DNA of 64,000 nucleotides from the human T2T-CHM13v2.0 reference genome, Homo sapiens, in assembly GCF_009914755.1 (NCBI RefSeq), contig NC_060929.1, one strand, 5' to 3'. The notes under the pieces are model-generated. The model was not told the origin of the DNA. It saw only the letters and a list, made by a program, of their open reading frames with translations, and searched no databases. The first letter of the stretch is position 1. Each line of letters starts with the position of its first letter. This document shows positions 57,613-64,000 of the stretch, one piece after another. The position numbers were made by a program, and so were the translations under genes.

Positions 57613-57900
57613 TTTTTTTTTTTTTTTTTGTGAGACAGAGTCTTGCTCTGTCACCCAGGCTGAAGTGCAGTGGTGTCATCTCAGCTCACTGCAAGCTCCA
57701 CCTCCTGGGTTCACGCCATTCTCCTGCCTCAGCCTCCTGAGTAGCTGGGACTACAGGCACCCACCACCAAGCCTGGCTAATTTTTTGTATTTTTAGTAGA
57801 GACGGGGTTTCACCGTGGTCTCGATCTCCTGACCTCGTGATCCACCCACCTCGGCCTCCCAAAGTTCTGGGATTACAGGCGTGAGCCACCGTGCCTGGCC
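57613..57900 (-). mobile_element. AluY carrying the 12-bp left-arm deletion (AluYd lineage)
   Basis: ttcaccgtggtctcgatctcc (sense gagatcgagaccacggtgaaa); gcaagctcc and ttcacgccattctcc are AluY diagnostics; TSD gatgctcccagccttt / gatgctgccagccttt. Confidence 0.88.
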
Positions 57901-58179
57901 GATGCTGCCAGCCTTTTCAGAGCTCTGGGTAACATAGACTCTTAATGTTTCCATCATTTTGTTCTGCTTCTATTACTTCTAATTGTACTTCCCTATGCTG
58001 CTGGCTCCTTGGCCATACCCTGCACTTCCTGAGTTCTGCCTGCTGCCATCCTATAGGTGGGCATGACTCTCTACCCCTTCTGCCTAGTCCTAGGGTTCTA
58101 GGTCCAGCTCCTGCCTGGCAGACACATCTCATTGCTGAGAACAAGGCCATGCTCAGGTGCATCCTGAGAGAGGGACTGT

Positions 58180-58405
58180 TGAGTTAACAGCATAGGCTCT
58201 GGGTCAAATCCCAGCCCCAGAGCTCCATTGGCTGTGCAAACTCGAACATGTTCCTCAATCACTTTATTCCTCATTAATAAAGTCAAGACAGCTTCATGGA
58301 ATTATTGAGGGAATTAAATTTGTGATGAATGTAAATTTGTAATGAATATAAAGGCTAGCACAATGCTTGGTACTTTTAAAATGCACTATAAATGTTAGTT
58401 ATTAC
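58180..58405 (+). mobile_element. MIR SINE
   Basis: ggtcaaatcccagccc...tagcacaatgcttggtac...ataaatgttagttatta. Confidence 0.7.
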
Positions 58406-61400
58406 CTTGGGTGGTGTGGACATTCAGGAATTCTAAAACTTAGTTTGAAATATGTAGCAAACTGACAACAAGGATCAAAGAAAATAAGCATGATCAGCAG
58501 AACGTTCTTCTTGAATGTTATAAGCTCATCGAGGCTTTTCCAAATTAACCTTCAAAGCAATCTCAGACCAAGCCATCTTTGGACTACATCTCATGGTAAA
58601 AAGAATGCTTTCCTCAGGAACATCAACAGAAGGAATCATCTAAAAATCAGCTCTAAGAATCAGATAGGATGACAAAGTTGAAGACAGTCAGTTTGGCTTA
58701 CCAGCTTCACCAAGACCTGGTTAAAGTAATGACAGTGTGCACAATAAGTTGCAGTTTTTGGTAACCTCGCGTCAGCAGCTAGTGTTTGAGCCAATCAACC
58801 CTGTGTCTGCGAGTCAGATAGGGACCAATTTGCCAAGCACATCCACATATTTTCCTTAACAAAAGGACAATACACTGAAGTCTTCCCTATCAACAGTCAG
58901 CTTTTGGAGGCTGCATTCCTACTCAGACAAAGCAAGACTGTTCCAACCACCGTCAACACCTCGGTGTCTGCAGCTGATAGTGATCCAAACCTTTTTCCTG
59001 GCCTAAGTCACATTTACATAATGCAACATCATGCATAATTTGGATCTGAAATTAATTTATTGAAAACCCCACTGCCCCACAAGCTGCTAAAGGTATAAAC
59101 CTTTTGTCCTAGGTAAAAATCAAAGCACTTGGAGCAAAAGATCCCCAAATATAAAGAGATCTCAATTCTAACGTAGATACAAGGCTGGGACTGGGAGAAG
59201 GTAGAGAGAAAATATGAGCCTGAGTCTTTGCTCACTGCAGTGAGTCTATGCTTCTGGGTAACCTGGGGGACTTGGCTCTTTGGAGGAAACCCAAGGCAGA
59301 ATTCTGAGGTTTTTCCTTTCCTTTGAAGTAAGAGTTTGCAGGGGACATGGATCTGACTAAGGCATAGCCCTCCAATTCTCCAAGTGACAAATGTAAATTG
59401 GCTTTATCTTTTCTAAAGGGACAGAAGTGGCCACAGATAGTAAGAAAAGTTGCCTGTGCACCCTGGTTAGAAGGACCACCACTACTCCTTCTGTTCAACG
59501 TATGAACTGCTCCACCTCGCCTACAGTAGCACATCCCATAAGCTGCCTCTTCAGGACACCAGTCCAGAGAGCAGTGCTCCATAACAAAATGGATCCGTGA
59601 CGGGGTAAAGTTGAAAAACACTGAAGATTTGCAATGTACATCAGCATATTAAAGGTTCTTCAAAGGTTCCACAGAAAGTTATTTTACTTATTTTAACCTA
59701 ATATTTCTCAAATGTGTTTGATCATGAAAACTTATTAACTTCTCACCCCATAGAAGCCTCAGGAAACATTCTGCAGAATGTCAGGCTCACTACTATGAGA
59801 TGCCCAGGTCATTCTCCTAACTGGTAAAGAGAAAACGAACAACTTTCTTCCTATCTCATTCCCTTCTGACAAAGAGTGAGAAATCAATACAGTGGAGTAA
59901 AGGGAAGCCTCTGAAAATACCTTTTCCTCTAAGATAAATGCCTCCCAGAAAGCCACAGTGTACATGCACACGTGTACAGGGCCAAGTAACATCCTCTTTA
60001 ATGCCCTTTATCACCCTAATGAAGCATTCCCTAATTGATCTCTCACCCCCAATGGCTAATTTGACAAGTGAACTCTCAGCCTGTCAATAGTCCTCGTGTT
60101 CGAGAAGCCTGGTTCTAGGATCTGCAGAAGTATTCCCTGGCTGTGGAGATGGGAAGGCACATCTGTGCCCATTTCCTGCCCTGTCTGGGCTGTTTTTTCC
60201 CCTTGGTGGAGAGCATCTTCTACAACATTACTGATGGGCACCAGGCAGTATCACTAAAAATACTCACTAAGAGATTGAAAGGTAATCATACATGAGCAAA
60301 CGATGGTGCAAACCACCAGGTGGCTCAAGTCGCTCTGTCAGAACCATTGAGGTACCTGATGATATACATAAAAAGCTATCTAGAGGACTTCTACTTATGG
60401 AAAGATGGCGTAGATGTGCTTTTGCTTATTCATCACACTGAGTTGAATTTAAAGCCTTGAGCATTATACAAAACAAACACCAGAAGACTCTCAGAGGCAG
60501 GAGAGCAGAAGGCAGGCTGGCAAGGGACTTGGGACCTCAGGAATGACACAGATGGTGGTGAGTTCTCTGGGTTTTCCTTTTGCTTCATATATCTCCAACC
60601 TGGCAGCTTAGTAAACAGAAAACTTGAAGACAATAATCACTTGACTCTAACGAGATACCACACACAAAAAAATCTGGCCCCCCCCACCTCCACCAGCACT
60701 GGCTGAATAGGGAGCCTAGACAAAGTACCCCAAGTCCCTGCTGGAGTAGTATCAGAGAAGGCCAAGTAGGGAGCTAGGACTCTGAACTTTGCTGAGTAGT
60801 GATGAAGTCCCTCCATACAATGTCAGCAGAGACTGTAAGGAGTGGCTGGTCTTCCACGCCCACTTGGCAACAGATAAAAGGTACCCCTCCCCTGTGACAT
60901 AATTGTGGGAGTGATGTCAGAGGAGTTCTATGGAATGTCAGTACTTTCACCAGCACCCAGCAGTAAAGAAGCCACCCCTGCCCCTTCTACCCTGAGGTGT
61001 TGGGAGGCCATGTGGGAAACAGTAATAAGGCATGCTTGCCCTCCCAGCCAGGTGGTATCAACAGACACCAAGTGAAGAGCTGAAATTCCCACACCTACTC
61101 AGCAGTAACAAAGATCCCCTCCCCCCAGGTATCAGTGGAGGCCAAGTAGAGAATTTGGATTTCCACCCCTATCTGGCCATAACAATGCAATGCCTCCCCT
61201 TCCCATGTCAGAGCAGTATCAAAAGCCAGCTAAAACAGAAGATTCAATAAGATCCAGAGTCGCACAACATAATACTCAAAATGTCCAGTTTCAATAGAAA
61301 ACCACTCATCATGCAGTGAATAAGAAAAAACCAACTTATATGAGAAATGACAATCAAAAGATGCCACCACTGATTTGGATTTTAAAACAGCCATGCTAGA

Positions 61401-62607
61401 AATGTTTTTATGAACAATAAGGAACATGTTTGATAGAAATGAAACACTAGAATGTCTCAGCAAAAAACAAAGAAAAAAGAACCAAATGAAAATTTCAGGA
61501 AAAAATAGCCAAAATAAAAAATTCAATGAATGGGTTCCACCGTAAAATTGAGTGTAGAACAATAAAAATTACACAATCTGAACAACAGAGAGAAAACAGA
61601 ATTAAAAAAAAAAAATGAACAGAGCCCCAGGGATCAAACACTTGTATAATCAGATATCAAAAAGAAGAGGGAGAGAAAGGATGGGGCTTAAAAAATACAT
61701 GAAGAAATAATGGTTGAGACATTTCTAAATTTGGAAAAAGACAGAAACCTACAGATTAAATAAGGTGAGAAGATCCCAAACTGGATAAATCCAAAGAAAT
61801 CTATGCCAAGACGCACCATAGAAAAATTTCTGGAAATAACAAAATCTTGAAACCAGCAAGAGAGAAACAATACTTTACTGACTTACCTACAGGGGAAAAA
61901 GAATTCAAATGACTGCATATTTCTCATCAGAAACCATGAAGTCCAGAAGGAAGTGACACAATTTTTTTTCAAGGGCTGAAAGAAAAGATCTGTCAACCCA
62001 GAATTCTATATCCAGCCAAAAATATCCTTTGGAATGAAGGGAAAATCAAGAAATTCTCAGATGAAAGGAAACTAAGAAAATTTGTCACTAGCAGATGGCC
62101 CCTAAAAGATGGCTAAAAAAAAATCCTCTAAACAAAAAGAAAATGACTATTAGAATATTCAGAAAAAGGAAGAACAATGGAAAGAGTAAAAATATGGGAA
62201 AATATATTTCCTTCTTAAATTTCCTAAATTATGTTTGGTGATTAAAGCAAAAATTATAACTACTGTCTGGTGTGGTTTTCCAGTTTATGTAGAAATATTT
62301 AAGACAATTATATTGTAATAGGGGAGGGCAAAGGAACATAAAGGGAAGTGAGGTTTCTACACTTCAGTTTAACTAGTAAATTGTCAACACCAGTAGAATG
62401 TGATAAGTTATGCACATATAATACCTAGAGGCACTACTAAAAATGCTATACAGAAAAAGAATCAAAAACCTATAAATAAATCAAAATGGAATTCTAAAAA
62501 ATGTTCTTGTAACCCACAAGAAAACAAGGAAACTAAAAACAGAACAAACAGAAAACAAAAAATAAAATGGCAGACTTGGCACACCAATAATTACATTAAA
62601 TGTAAAT

Positions 62608-63117
<510 letters not shown>

Positions 63118-63134
63118 TTAAAAAGCATGACCCA

Positions 63135-63487
<353 letters not shown>

Positions 63488-63809
63488 CTACTTCCCTTAA
63501 AATGCAACCAGCACATGCCCTTTCCCATTTTTTGTTTTTCCTTCATTCTGCCTCTTAGAAAATGTATATAATGGCTGCCACTCCAACTTAGACTACTGGG
63601 ATAAGGCCACAACATAGGGATAATAGAACAAAGCCAAATCAACCTGGGTCTCTGAGCACTTGGTAGAGCAGAACTACCATACCAACTATAGATTTCCTAA
63701 TTGTAGATTCATAAAGAAAAACAAATCTCTACCTTGTTTAAGCCATTACTAAGGGGTTTTATGTTCCTTTAGTTGAACTTAATCCTCACTGATCCCAAAG
63801 AGTTGTACT

Positions 63810-63995
63810 TACTGAAGGCTATTACATGTCTATCACTGTGCCATGCCATTCAGAGAGATTATTTTAATGGTCTGAGGAGGAAGACACTACTATTATCTTC
63901 CTTTTATAATGAGAAAATTACTGCTCAGAGAAGTTAAGTGACTTGCCTAAGGGCACACATCTCACCTGCCCAGTGTGAACCTCACTTGTCTAACT
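63810..63995 (-). mobile_element. MIR SINE
   Basis: gctcagagaagttaagtgacttgcctaagggcacaca. Confidence 0.7.
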
Positions 63996-64000
63996 TTAAG

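Overview
This is primate (human-like) non-coding genomic DNA, either intergenic or deep intronic. I see no credible protein-coding exon, RNA gene or CRISPR array. The listed ORFs are spurious or derive from Alu, L1 or mariner remnants. The window carries many interspersed repeats: about 20 Alus, many MIR and L2 fragments, L1 fragments, MaLR/ERVL solo LTRs, hAT and Tigger DNA transposons, and one near full-length decayed HSMAR2 mariner. Several repeat-free, TAAT-rich blocks resemble developmental enhancers (inference only). The main finding is a young rearrangement at 13.7-15.2 kb. Two 347-bp inverted copies (345/347 identical) of a unique Alu/MER58A/MLT1 junction flank an 834-bp spacer. An L2 split across the breakpoints shows the segment is inverted, so this is an inversion that created its own inverted repeats and could re-invert. 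Other oddities are two tandem Alus inside one TSD, an AluSp with two separate microhomology-bounded tandem duplications, a twin-primed L1 and an AluYd. Repeat family names come from recalled consensus sequences, not a database search. Boundaries of old repeats are approximate.
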